From assembly GCF_006345805.1 (NCBI RefSeq), contig NC_043000.1, forward strand, positions 103,912,001 through 103,976,000: a stretch of 64,000 nt of DNA. The letters run 5' to 3'. This DNA is from Octopus sinensis (lineage: Eukaryota). Numbering within the stretch: position 1 is the stretch's first letter; each line of letters opens with the position of its first letter. Shown piece by piece: positions 24,593-37,713 of this stretch. The translations under genes and the position numbers were made by a program. The notes beneath the pieces are model-generated. The model was not told the origin of the DNA and ran no database searches. It saw only the letters and a program-made list of their open reading frames with translations.

Positions 24593-26163
24593 CTTTGGAC
24601 AGTTAATAAACACAAGGTAGATAACTCTATGTCCGAACTTGCCTAAAACGTCAGTTGGTATGCAATCACTAGCAGCTATTTAGATATAAAATATATTATA
24701 GAACATTATTTATCATGGATAAACTTCAGAAGTTTTTTTAGTAATGGGTATCTGCGGACTTATTCCCATCCAGATAAACTTACAGGAAACACTTAGAACC
24801 AACAAGGAAAACTACGCGATCGTTTCAACAAAATTTCTCTCAAACCAAACCTTGCTATCTATTAAAAATAGCTATAAAGGAAACATTAGATACGTAGGCG
24901 TAGAGTTTACTTAGCGCGATGAGGTATCAATTATAATAGTTTATGTCACCAAACCCGTAGAATTCTGTTTTTATTCTAAAACAAACATTCGCAAACAGAA
25001 ACTTAATAAATTTATCCAAATACTCTTTCAAAATATTGATTACGCATACAGATACCAACTAGGTCAGCTCTTATCGATTATACCGATGATCAAAGCATTC
25101 AGGACGTAACCATCCTGTCTTTGTATGTCAGGAACTACCTCGACCAATGTCTCACTATCTCTCTTTTCTTTAATAGTAGAGAATGATTTCATGAAGCTAT
25201 TTCTATGTATGTACATGTGTGTGTAGTGTGTGTTAATATTAAGAAAAAATATCAGTGAGAGATAGGTGAACTGTAATCGAAAGACAGCGTAAATGTGCAT
25301 ATGAATTTATGTAATGGGAAAGTTTGAGAAAGAGGAAGTGTGTATTAAAGAAACAGAAAAAGGGATATATGTGTGTGTTTATGAGTTTAAGCTAAAAAGA
25401 AAATCCATGTAAACTGTACCTATTTGACATATGGAAATTTTCTAATTGAAGGGAGATAATCGTGTCTAATTATCTGAATTTGGCATCAACATATTTTACA
25501 CAGCAAAGGTTATCATATTGTGTGTGTGTGTGTGTGTGCGTGCGCGCGCGCGCGTGTGTGTGTAAATGCGTGTGTATATTTTGTTGGAAAGGGGTAAAAG
25601 AGGGAAGAGAATATAAAGAAAGACATGGATGAAAGCCAAAAAGTGTAAGAAGAGTACATAGAAAAAAACACAGAAAGACACAAATGGACAGTAAAAAGTG
25701 TGAGTACGTTGCCAGTATATGAGCATTAACTACTAAATGAAAACTAAAACTTCGTAGAGCGATCTAAGGGGAACAATTACGTTACTATTAACAGTATATG
25801 TATATAAGTTCATATGTCGGCATCTCTACAGAAGTGTGGCCCACTGATTTTGTTTCTCCATGATATTCTTTAAAGGGCATGTTTTTTAATGAACTTTACT
25901 AGAGAAATGTACATAACGATTATTGCGGTATACATTACGAGTTTCGCTTTAAAATTTGAAAAAAAAAAAATTAATCGTAATATGCATTACTGCAAACGTA
26001 CCTCTTGAATTTCTTTTAAGAAATATGCATTTAATAAAGTCTTGTGGAAGTAAAAATGTCACTCAAAAACCATTTTCCCCATTTTTTTAACCACACGATC
26101 GTAGTCTACATCATCTGAAATACCTTTGGAAAATTTCATTAAAACATATGCATTTTAAAGAAA

Positions 26164-26421
26164 ACAATTGCAGCGTGGAAGGTGTTTATAAGCCATTTAA
26201 GAAACACACAAAAACCGTGCTGCACGGAATTTTGTTAGAGAATAGGTCGCGGTCTCAAAGCGACGAAAATATTTTGACAAATTAAATTTAAATGTTGAAG
26301 TGAATCTAACGGTTTTTGTGTGTTTCTTAATTGGCTTATAAACACCTCCCACGCTGCAATTGTTTTCGTTCCAGCACACGATCTCAGATCAGGTTACTTG
26401 CTATGCAAGTACATCTCCGTA
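26164..26421 (+). mobile_element. ~260-bp Penelope/retrozyme-like mini-element with an inverted 5' duplication and a hammerhead-like fold
   Basis: 12-bp TSD attttaaagaaa (26152-26163 and 26422-26433). 26160-26218 is the reverse complement of ~26309-26367. Confidence 0.65.
26228..26283 (+). ncRNA. Hammerhead-like fold with variant core (GAGAAUA in place of CUGANGA)
   Basis: Stem I uuuguua/ugacaaa, stem II gucgc/gcgac, GAAA, palindromic stem III AAUAUU, and UU at the cleavage position. Confidence 0.45.
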
Positions 26422-26784
26422 ATTTTAAAGAAAGTTATGGAGAAACGAAGTTAGTGGGACACACCAGTCTTTGTATATGTAGTTATGCTAATATATTTAA
26501 TGTAGTTATCATTAAAAATCTAAAAGGAAATAATTATATGTCCATAAAAAGACATTAGCTCAAAAATTAATATAATTTTAATAATTTAGATACATACAGA
26601 TACGACTAGATGATGCAAGTTTATTTTTTTATTATTAAACCACTTCAATGAAGTATAGACTCCATGGAAACTTGTGTCCAATCTTGTGCATTTATTTAGT
26701 GATTAGTGAAACCTATGGGAATTCCACAGGTTTTGCTGTAGTTGTCCATTGTTACTGTGATGATGCAAACAGGGAATTACAAGC

Positions 26785-26785
26785 A

Positions 26786-26816
<31 letters not shown>

Positions 26817-26962
26817 AACAGAGAGAGAGAGAGGGGGAAGGAGAGAGAGATGAAAGAAACTATGATCATAAATTGAGGTGCTCACAAGGAAAGATAGGAA
26901 GAAAAAGGAAAAGAAACACTGATGAATTGATAGACTAAATATGTAAACAGACAGACAGACAG

Positions 26963-27010
<48 letters not shown>

Positions 27011-27016
27011 TCATAC

Positions 27017-27064
<48 letters not shown>

Positions 27065-27094
27065 TATATATATATTATATATATATACACACAC

Positions 27095-27127
<33 letters not shown>

Positions 27128-27237
27128 CATATATCTATACATATATATATACATATATATACAACGGGAAGCTTTATGAAAATAGACAAAAGACGAAGGC
27201 AGGTGGAAAACAAACAAACAAACATATATATATATAC

Positions 27238-27272
<35 letters not shown>

Positions 27273-27325
27273 CATATATATACACACACAGACACACATA
27301 CATATAAATATGCAAACATACATAC
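26785..27325. repeat. Compound (TA)n/(GA)n/(CA)n microsatellites
   Basis: Direct observation. Confidence 0.9.
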
Positions 27326-27620
27326 ATTAAGAACTGTTATAGTTGTGGTGATGATGTTGCTAGGTGCTAACTAGGATGTTAATTAATGGAGGTGATGGTG
27401 ATTATTATAAGTAGTAATGAGTTGATAGCCAAAAGAAAAAAAGAAAAAGTCATTTGATATAATACATGAGCCTTAGTACAAATAATTGTCACTGAGCTAT
27501 GTGTGTTGCTTCCACCTCTTCTATCATGACTATCAACAACAGGCAGCAAACATCAACATCATTTGTTATCTATTTTTATTTTCCCTATTCCTCTCATGTT
27601 TTCCCTTCTCTCTCTCTCTC

Positions 27621-27656
<36 letters not shown>

Positions 27657-29254
27657 AGTGTGCATGCACATACATGCATGCACACACACACAGAGTGGAG
27701 TAGAGAGAAAAAGACAGATAGTTATAGATATTTTTCTATTCATCATGATTAACACCGCCTTCGCTTCTTCCACTACTACTGTAATTAACAATTATTATTT
27801 TAATTCTGAGTTACTTTTCTTAGCATGACACAAAAGGCAGGCAGGCAGGCAGGTAGGTAAGTAGGTAGGGACATACAGTGGTATTAATATATAGATTTTC
27901 TCAACATTACTTCTTTAAGTACAGCAAAGTTTCTGTTTTGTTGAGTTCTTGTATGGATATATTCTGGCCTTATCAGACCAAAACCTATCCAGGGTTATCT
28001 CCTGTACTTATCATAATGATTAAGATATTAGTCATTAAGTTAATTTTATCTTTTCTTCACTGCATAATTATTTCTAATTAGATTTTTGATGCTCACTATT
28101 TTTTTCCATATGTATGGCATCTCTAAGTAATAAATCTCAGAGTAATCCCTGAACTAACAGAATTTTGATAAAATATTTTCCAGTCATGATCATCACAACC
28201 TTTTTCTCAGGTATAGTGTATTTAAGTCTACATCGTTTGATGTGCCATTCCATTTAAAGAATTTTATGACGCATTTTGAGGAAGATTTAGTTACTATTTC
28301 TAGCAGACCAAGTAACCACATAGAACTCCATCATTTGGCTTAAGATATATATTGATTTCTAACATTAATAGAACATGTACAGAAGATTGAAATGACTCTT
28401 GTATACACCTCATACTTGTTTTATTGAAAGGAAAAAGAGAACAGACTCCAGAGAGTTTTGAACTCGAAACTTAGAGGAATGAAATAAAAATATTGTAGAG
28501 CTCTCTTTCTGCCAATTCACTGCTCTGAGACTTGGTAATATTAATTTCTTATATAGGCATGGGACAGAAATTTGGGGTTGAAAAACAGGTAATTTTATCA
28601 ATACCCCTCTATAACTGATACTTATTTTATTGATTCCAGGAGGATAAAAGGAAAAGTTGACCTCAGCAAGATTTGAACTCACTGTATAGGTATGCAACTA
28701 AATGCTACAGAGCATTTTGCTCACCATCCTATTGATACTACCAATCTTCTTCCCTGATACTTGGTAATACCAAATGCCTATAGCAAAAGTTGTTTCTAAT
28801 AGATTCCATCGACTCCAGTACTTTCTGGTACTTTAATTTATTGACCCAAAAGGATGAAAAGTAAAGTTGACCTCAATAGAATTTGAACTTAGAATGTAAA
28901 GAACCAGAAGAAATATTTTATCTGATGTTTTACTAATTCTGTCAATCCTTCACCCTTATCCTTTTGTAATAATATTGGTACCTTATGTGGATAACTTTTG
29001 CCACTCCAGCAGAACAAATACATAAGTTTAAGTTATCATGAATTATGAGAGAATATCCAATACCAATCTGCAGAAAACATGAATAAAAAATACATCTAAA
29101 TAATTTAGCTAAGCTACAGACCAGTAATTTTCAACTTTTTACAATACCCAACACACACACACACACACAAGATACTAAAGATGTGAGGACACACCATCCT
29201 CAACACCAAGAATGTTGTTTGCTTTTTCAGCAGCAGCAACAGCGGCAGCGGCAG

Positions 29255-29620
29255 TGGTGGCGTCTAACATCTGCTTTCCATGCTGGTATGGGTTTGATGG
29301 TTTGACTGAAGGCTGCACCAGGCTCAAATCTGATCTGGCAAAGTTTCTACAGCTGAATGCTCTTCCTAACGCCAACCACTCTGAGAGTGTAGTAGGTACT
29401 TTATGTGTCACCAGCTTGAGGGCCAATCTGGTGGTACTGGCATCGACCATGCTCAAATGGTGCTTTTTACGTGTCACCTGCACAGGAGCTAGTCCAATGG
29501 CATTAGCAACAACCACACTCGAATGGTGTTTTTTATGTGCCACCAGCACAGGAGCCAGTCAGGCGACACTGGCAACAATCATACTCAAATGGTGCTTTTT
29601 ACATACCACTGGCACAGGTT
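29255..29620 (-). mobile_element. RTE LINE 3' UTR fragment with ~57-bp internal tandem repeats
   Basis: Shares tttctacagctgaatgcccttcctaacgccaaccact with 49685-50487. Three to four degenerate units ...ggtgctttttacgtgccaccagcacagg... Confidence 0.75.
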
Positions 29621-30494
29621 TTTATTTATCATGACAAAATTAGAGTGGTTGTCTTAGAGGACACTGTTACATATTAAAAATGTTCCCGGATATCCTTTCA
29701 GCCAGTCACATAAAACAATTGACAATAGAAAATTCTAAGTTATTCCAAATTCCTCTTTATGCAATGAATATAATAATTTAATTTGATGTAATATGCATAA
29801 ATATATTTAGCTTCATTTTGACAAATTTCAGAGTTAGAATGTTATAAAGGAAGTTAGAGCACAAAGATCAGGAAATTGCAACAATTTCCATTCCACTGGA
29901 ATGACTCACCAACTGTGATATAGCTGAGTCACATGGCTGTTTTTGCTGTTGTAGCTTAGCTCCAAACTAGCTCTTATTGAGCAGACTATAAGTATTCTAC
30001 TGATAACCATTTTATCTTTTATTCAAATACACTTATACATAAGACTACATTTTTCAATGAATAACACCCTTTTTAAAGATAACAGACTATGAGTTGAGAG
30101 AGATTTGGTTGCTATACAGCAGAATTTGAACTCTGTGAAACATTTTCTTCAATGCTCAAGCAATTCTGACAATCAATTACCTGTCATTAAGTGTTTCTCT
30201 CCTGCAACAAAGCTCTCTTAGAATTTTCACTATATCTACACCCATCTCAAAATATATACTGGTTTATCATGTAATTGTGAAATTTCTGAAAAAAATTCAA
30301 AAATAATAATTGTGACCTTCCAAAGATACAACAAAATCTATTTCAACACATAAGTTCACATCAAGAATCATGCAAACCAAATGCAAAAATTATATAAATG
30401 AAAATAGAACTTCTCCAAAAGACAATTTAAAAATGAAATTGCAATAATTTTATTGAGACAATGGAAACTGATGTAAATTTTTTTTTAAAACAAA

Positions 30495-30538
30495 TCAACT
30501 GACATAGCTTTTTGGAGCAATAATCAAACTGTCAGCAT
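30495..30538 (-). CDS. CULT-domain (cereblon-like) protein, terminal coding exon: (Y)ADSLIIAPKSYVS*
   Basis: Acceptor ttctgtttttattgcag. Phase 1 matches the upstream exon. TGA at 30497-30495. Candidate AATAAA at 30454-30449. Confidence 0.8.
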
Positions 30539-30664
30539 CTGCAATAAAAACAGAAAATAATTAATAGTATTTATGTCAGATCAGACATTCTCTCAGTAGA
30601 TAGATTTACCAAGGGAAATTAAGAGTGAAAGCATTTTATTTGAAGTGGAACTTCTATACAGATA

Positions 30665-31185
30665 TGTAATGTCAGCATTTATGCACCACAAAGTGCAAAT
30701 GTTGTGAGATAAAATTGCACATAAGAGACATCAGATGTAGAATCGAAGAGAGAAGACAGCACTGGTATGGTAGTATGTGTGTGAGTGAGGACAGCTGAAC
30801 AAAGAAATACTGATCACTAAATATCGATGGAACTTGTGAAGGAGGAAGATCCAGAGAAGATGTAGGATGAAGTAGTGAAGACATACTTCAAGACATTGAG
30901 TCATGAGGAGGAGATGACAATTTGCTGAGGTGATTTGCAATTTGCTGTGCTCACTGATGACATGTAAAAAGCACCCTTTCCTGTGAAATGTAAAGGGGTA
31001 TCCATGCTAATGACACATAAAAGACAAGCAATACACAAAGTAGGGTAGTTGGCATTAGGAAGGGCATCCAGCTGTAGAAACCAAGCCAGAATAGATGGCT
31101 GGACCCTAGTGCAGCTCTCCAGCCTAGCAGCTCAGGTCAAACCATCTAACTCATGCCAGTATGAAAAACAGACATTAAATGATAA
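30665..31185 (+). mobile_element. Decayed RTE LINE 3' end
   Basis: Remnants of RRxxWYG and GRxRxxWDEVVK motifs followed by the shared RTE 3' UTR module. Confidence 0.7.
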
Positions 31186-32718
31186 GAAAACCTACTTATC
31201 TCAACAAACACTCTTCTGACTTTGGCACTATTCTCTCAGCTATTGTAACTATATGAAAGTGAAACTGCACTATTTCATCTTCTTTCACTCTATCAGTTAT
31301 CCTTCTCCTTGGAACCTTTTGTCACCCATCCTGCATTTTCAACATCATCCCTTACCACTTTATTTTACCCCTGGACACCCTCTTATATCTGCCATCAATC
31401 CCTTCATCCCTGTTTATCAATCACTGTTTCCACCCATGTGTACCTCTGGCTTCAGTCTCTGTAATTGTAACTTTCATTCACCACACTCTACATCATCCAA
31501 CTATTTCTCATTTATCTATTGTTTTATTATACTGTTGCACCCCACCTCCACCCTTTATTTCTATTGCCACTTATCACCTCCTATTTTCCTCCCAAATATG
31601 ATTGACTAATGACCACTTGTGTTCGCATTTATCTCCATCTCTAACCATCTGTCATTCTCCTTTCATATTCTTGGAAACTTCCCACCCTTTTCTAATAGTC
31701 TGCTTCTATTCACTCTTATATTCATTTTCTTGTACCTTGAAGGTATGCTTTGACACCTCATCACCACCATCTTTTCTCTCTTTCTAGCTGGAGTAGCCAT
31801 ATATCTCCTCTATTGCAAGACACCTCTTCTTACCTCCTTATCCCTATTTAACCTCTCAACATCTTGCATGAAACCACCTTCCTCAAAATGACACTCCCAC
31901 TCAGTTGAGGGGTTTTGTCTTGTAAGTTACTTGGTGGCCTTAATAGTGCTGGTGCCATAAAAAAAACAAAGCACTCTGTATACTTTGTAAAGTGGTTGAC
32001 ATTAAGTAGAAGATCCAGCCACAGAAATCATTAATTAAGCAAGCCTATAATCAAAGGCATTCCAGCTGTGATCAACCCATCCTTTTAGGAATATGCAAGA
32101 CTACATATTTAATATTCCATTTCCTTCCTTAAGATGGTGAGGTGTGTTTTGAAGGTGATGTAGCTGCATGTCAAATAACCATGCAGAGACCCTCATAAGC
32201 TTGGTTTTCTTCATTGTAAAACCATGGATAAACCATGGGTATTAACACTGGATGTACAAAATATTTCTTTCTTTGTGTTGTAGAGATACAAGCATGACAT
32301 GATGTGTCTTATCCCGCTAAGACAGCTGATTTCCTACAGAGAGAGAGAAATAGAGAAGAATCAACCCCAATACTGGACTGCTACTTTATTTAATAACCCT
32401 GAAAGTTGATTTTTTTTTTTGTGGAGTGAGGGAACAGATAGCTGAAACAAATATTGTGAGTTATTGTGACACTCTAATTTGTTACCCTAATTGCAGAGAT
32501 TTATAATTAATGAAAATTCAAAATGCATTTTTAGAAATAATATATTTTATATATTTGTAAATGATGTAGAAAATTTAAAACAAAGTGATATATGAAAATA
32601 TGAAATAAAGAGTATTAGTTACATATCTTGGAAAGATACACTTGGTGAAAAACTACTAATAATGGTGATAAGAGTTGGTTTATTTGATTAACTTTAATAT
32701 TTAATAGATGAAATATTG

Positions 32719-32924
32719 GTTTCAAATTTTGGCACAAAGCCAGCAAGTTTGGAGGTTGAAGTATGTCAATTGCTTCAACCCCAGTGCTCAACTGGTACTT
32801 ATTTTATCGACCCTAAAAGGATGAAAGGCAAAGTCGACCTTGGTGGAATTGAACTCAGAACATAACGACAGATGAAACGCTACTAAGCATTTTGGCAGGC
32901 ATGCTAACAATTCTGCCATCTCAC
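32719..32924 (-). mobile_element. SINE family B in an intron
   Basis: 23-bp TSD aatatttaatagatgaaatattg (32696-32718 and 32925-32947). Confidence 0.85.
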
Positions 32925-32961
32925 AATATTTAATAGATGAAATATTGAAAGCTTTACTCAC

Positions 32962-33050
32962 ATTCCTGATGTACTAAATGACTAAGGATTAATCCATAGA
33001 ATGACTTTTTCTCTCCTGTGTGATAATCTGAATCAAATGATTCAAAAAAC
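32962..33050 (-). CDS. CULT-domain protein exon: (W)FFESFDSDYHTGEKKSFYGLILSHLVHQE
   Basis: Acceptor ttgtgttttcag, donor gtgagt, 89 bp, phase 2 in and phase 1 out. SFYGL is a CULT C-terminal motif. Confidence 0.88.
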
Positions 33051-33444
33051 CTGAAAACACAAGAGACAATATCAAGTGAGTAAATGAGTTAACAAGAGAA
33101 GCCTTTACATGGTGGCTTGACATGCTAGAAATTGCAGCCAACTCTCCCTTAAATCACACCCAACAATCTTAAATAAGTAAAGGATATGTTAGATAATATA
33201 GTACTAGAGCCAGATCAAGCAGAACTATTTGTTTTAAGTTATATATCTGTGTTGACTTGGGGCCAAACAACAATCAAGTGAATCTAATAATAATTCTGCT
33301 TGTTCCTCTGTTACTTAGCCTGTCTGTAACTCTTTCACATGATTAGTTGAAGGAAAAAGCAAAGAGCTAGAGGGAGAAAGAAAAAGGAGAGAGAAAAAGA
33401 GAGTAAGGCGAAAAGTGAGAGAGAAGAAAAGAGGGAAACAGAAA

Positions 33445-33795
33445 GCAACTAAATAATTAACTAATTAAGTAAAGAAGCAAGCAACTAATTGCTTAACTAA
33501 TTAATAAAACAATGATTTAGTTGCTTGCTAGATTAATTAATTAGTTGCTTGCTTACATAGTTAATTAATTAGTTGTTTGCTTACTTAACTAATTAGTTAA
33601 TGAATAATTTCCTTGCTTAATTCATTAGTATCTTGCTTGCTTAATTAAGTTGTAAATTAATAAGTTGCTTGCTTAATTAATTAGTTAATCAATAAGTTGC
33701 TTAATTGCTTAATCAATTAGTTTATTAATCAATTAGTTAATTGCTTAATCAATTAGTTAATAAGTTAATTAGTTGCTTGCTTGATTAATTAAACA
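33445..33795. repeat. Degenerate (TTAATTAGTTGCTTGC)n minisatellite with a strand switch
   Basis: aagcaactaa units at 33445-33505, then ttagttgctt units at 33517-33795. Confidence 0.8.
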
Positions 33796-36464
33796 ATTTC
33801 TAATGACTTCACTCTGTTGTGAAGGCATTGATATGGTTATGAACTGCATTAATATAACCATTCTGAGAGAGCCAAAAAAATGTCAAAGATACTACAAATC
33901 CTACCAATCATTCTCTGATTAACTATAGGAAAGAAGTTTCTTTCCAATTTCTTGTGTTTCAGGCAACATTTCTTTTACATTCAAGAAGAAAACACTAAGA
34001 CTTTGAAATGATCAAAAGAAGATTCAGTAAGCTAGATGAATCTTATATAGTAAAGAAGAAAATTATAAAATTTAACATGAATACATTTTTTTTTTCTGCA
34101 AAACTCCAGATTTTTCACACTAGAACAATGTGATTTCAATCTATAAGATACCACACTTCATAGGTCAACATGAAGTCTGTAAGCTCTGTGATATGTCTTG
34201 CTCAGTGGAACTTGTGCTTTCAACAGTCAATGGCAATAGCTGTAATAAATACCACAAGGCTTTCTATGCAATGCCCTAACAATTCTACCAGTTTGTCACT
34301 TTTAATGGGGAAGGGGGGAGGTTTTGAGATCCATTCACTAATCTCAATCATTTGTTTTATTGGTTCTAATTTAAATGGATTCCATTCATTTCTAATGATT
34401 CACGATAGACACATAATTATGGTGTGGAATGTTTGTGGTACTGATTAAATAGGAATGGCTATGAGGAAGAGTTGGGCAGTACTGTTGATTTCATTCAACA
34501 GTAAATTTGAGCAGCACTACATATTCCTGTGTAGTGGGTAAGATATTTTGAACACAATCTTAGCCATTTAAAAATCTCATCCCATGGATAGTAGCACTAA
34601 TCTATTGCTGATTTTGCTCATGAAAGAGCATTGGAGGCTAAGAAACCAGTTATTTGGCTTCTTGTTAGCTCTTTATAATCAGAACTATGAAGGAAGGTAT
34701 TCCAACTGTGACCATCTCATTTTTTTCTCGGGAACAGCATCTAGAATTATCTTATCTTTTATCTCCTCCTTTTGAAGTTGGTAAGGTGTGATGCGAGAAA
34801 GATTTAACTATTATTTCTTGCAGATTGATGATCATACAAAAGTTCCTGTAAGAAAACCTTATCTTGTCTGATAGTAGTGAGTTGCATATCCCAATGGCAC
34901 TTATATACTGCAACATGGATTGAATAACAGAGAATTAATTACTCTTGACAGGATTACAGTGCTGGTGACAAGAAATACATTGCTAAACCTTTGTCTGGAA
35001 GGCTAACAACTGAATGACTTTGCCAGTTGTAGTTCAAATCATTTAAAAAAAATCTATTTAAAGGTTGTTTGTTTTTCATGTGCCACTGTCACATGTGCCG
35101 GTAAAGCAACGCTAGCTTGTGAAAAAGGAATTAGATAAGGTTACTGTGATTAATGACTAGTTTTATCTGTTGTGGAATAACGTTTTGTGAGAATGTTATA
35201 CTTTCATTAAACAGTGATAGAGGAGAGTACCTATGGTCTTTGTTGGCCCTCCTCTTAAACTAATGATATTAATGCTGTTTATAAACTTCTATAGAGTTTA
35301 AACTTTAGAAAAATGAATCAGTACAAAGAAAATTTCAGAGAATGGTAATTTTTAGGAAGAATTGGCAAAATATAAGCAGGGAAGATACTGAGTAAGGTGA
35401 TGAGAAAAGAAGAGAGAAGTGCATTTGAGTGGAGATATGCAGATTTCTAGTTAAGGGATGCAGAAGCTGTGATAGTAGAAGAAACAAATAGAAAACAGTA
35501 CATCTGTAGTTGTAATATATCTGAGTAATGATAAAGGTTTAGAAACAGGCAAGCCTCAGGTAAAAGGACTGGACAGAGTATAATCTAAAATATGAAATAG
35601 TCTGACCAAAGAGAGATTTGTATAACAAGTATGAACATTGTAGCAGTAGAGGGAAAGTAACATTAGAAGAACAGAAGATGTAACTCGTTAGTGGAAGCAA
35701 TTAACAATAGCAGAGTAAATAAGGTGGCGGTCTTTCCTCTACTTGCATCCCAACTTTTGATCCTAAGCTGTGCCTTGGATAAGATACTAAACATGCACTT
35801 ACTTTATTTACCTGGTAATAAAAAAGGCAAAGATAGAGAATGAGAAAAGCAGGGGAATGCGTGTGGCATACTGTGGAATGGAAATTATTATGGAGATTGT
35901 GGAATATATATGTTTTTGTATAGTGTCATGATTAAAGTTTTTCACCTGTAAAATAAATGAGTGAAGGCAGAAAGAATGAATGATGTATAAAGAGGTAAGA
36001 AAAAAATTTTTAAACTCTTATTGCTGTTGTTGATAATGCTTAGTTCCATATTTTTAGCCTTGATTGAGCAGGCTTATAATCAAAAGTGTTTCAGCTGTGA
36101 CAATCCTGTTTTTTTTAGTATATCTAGAATTCCATGCTGCAATGTCTCCTTTCATTTTCAAAACTGTAGGGTGTAATTTGAGGAAGAGTTGGGTGTTGTT
36201 TCTTGCATGTTGAGCGACCAGAAAGTTCATTAGTTCATTAGAAAGTTTATTAGTTCATTGCTGTTATTAATTTATAAATAGTTAAGAACTAAAATACTCA
36301 TTATCAATGAATATTTTGCTTTAACAATCATAAGTAAGGGTATGTGGCAGAAAAATATTCTGCTAATGGTAAAATTCATTGCATCCTTAATGCTTTAACT
36401 GTCAGTGAAGACTTCTGATAATCATTAAATATCCATAAGAAATGAAGAGAAATGTTGAACTCAC

Positions 36465-36544
36465 CATCCCATATGTACCCCACAGGTTGGACAGATTATA
36501 ATTGACCAACTAAAGCCAGGAAACCAGGTGTCTTCTTTATGTGG
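36465..36544 (-). CDS. CULT-domain protein exon: PHKEDTWFPGFSWSIIICPTCGVHMG(W)
   Basis: Acceptor ctattctaacag, donor gtgagt, 80 bp. WFPGxxW...CxxC..HxGW is the cereblon thalidomide-binding signature. Confidence 0.95.
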
Positions 36545-37054
36545 CTGTTAGAATAGAATGATATTGGCTAGGTATTTTCAAAGGCTCAGTTTAAAAAGAG
36601 AGAACAATAGGGAGAGAGAGACAAAATACTAAAACACATGCACAACCATAGACATACACACACAAACACAGACCCACTGACAATCACACATACAGCTACA
36701 TAGATACAAATATATCAGTCACAGACATACACTGGTACAATCACGCATACAAACATATATATATGGATATACACACACACACACATACACAAATGCACAT
36801 CTACATATCTGTACTCAAATATATTAGTGTGGGGAAGCATAACTAGAAGGTTGATAAAACGTTTTCTGGCAAACATTATATTGCCAATTATGGATGTAAA
36901 GAACGTTTTTAAAAACATCTAAAAAATACATTACTGTACTTAGTTACTCAGTAACACCATGTGCATGAGAAACAATAGCTTGTGTTCACATACTTGATGT
37001 TCACTACATTAGCAATGACAAGACAATTGTTTTCATGTAGATAGCATATCTGAC

Positions 37055-37456
37055 TCTTTTACTTGTTTCAGTCATTTGACTGCAGCCATGCTGGAGCACC
37101 GCCTTTAATCGAGCAACTCGATCCCGGGACTTATTCTTTTATAAGCCCAGTACTTATTCTATCGGTCTCTTTTGCCGAACCGCTAAGTAACGGGGACGTA
37201 AACACACCAGCATCGGTTGTCAAGCAATGCTAGGGGGACAAACACAGACACACAAACATACACGCACACACATATATATATATACATATATACGACAGGC
37301 TTCTTTCAGTTTCCATCTACCAAATCCACTCACAAGGCATTGGTCGGCCCGGGGCTATAGCAGAAGACACTTGCCCAAGGTGCCACGCAGTGGGACTGAA
37401 CCCGGAACCATGTGGTTGGTTAGCAAGCTACTTACCACACAGCCACTCCTGCGCCT
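37055..37456 (-). mobile_element. Full-length SINE family A
   Basis: Reverse complement of the 4074-4455 family from head to tail. Confidence 0.9.
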
Positions 37457-37713
37457 AATTAATTTATTTTTCTCTTAGTAATAGTTCTTATTAGATATGC
37501 TAATTTTTCATGTCTATAATTGAAACATTTCTTTTACATCTACTTAGCAATTCTCTCAGCACTCTTTTGGCAAATAGTGTGAAATCTATGTGAAGACTGA
37601 AAAGGTCTAATAAGACTAAAACCTGTCTGTCTATTATTGTCTACTATACTTACCAAAACCATTAAAATAATAGTCACTGAGTTAATACTGACTTTTCATC
37701 ACCATTGTAAATA

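Larger units (their letters stand above)
25815..26480. mobile_element. Long-TIR MITE of the same family as 923-2101, interrupted at 26164-26421
   Basis: cgtagtctacatcatctgaaa...aatttcattaaaa matches 1985-2030. The ends gtgtggcccactgattttgtttctccat and atggagaaacgaagttagtgggacac are inverted. Confidence 0.6.

Noticed and set aside
29400-29620. CRISPR-like periodic repeats
   Set aside because: The units are wholly homologous tandem repeats within an RTE 3' UTR, with no unique spacers or cas genes, in eukaryotic DNA.
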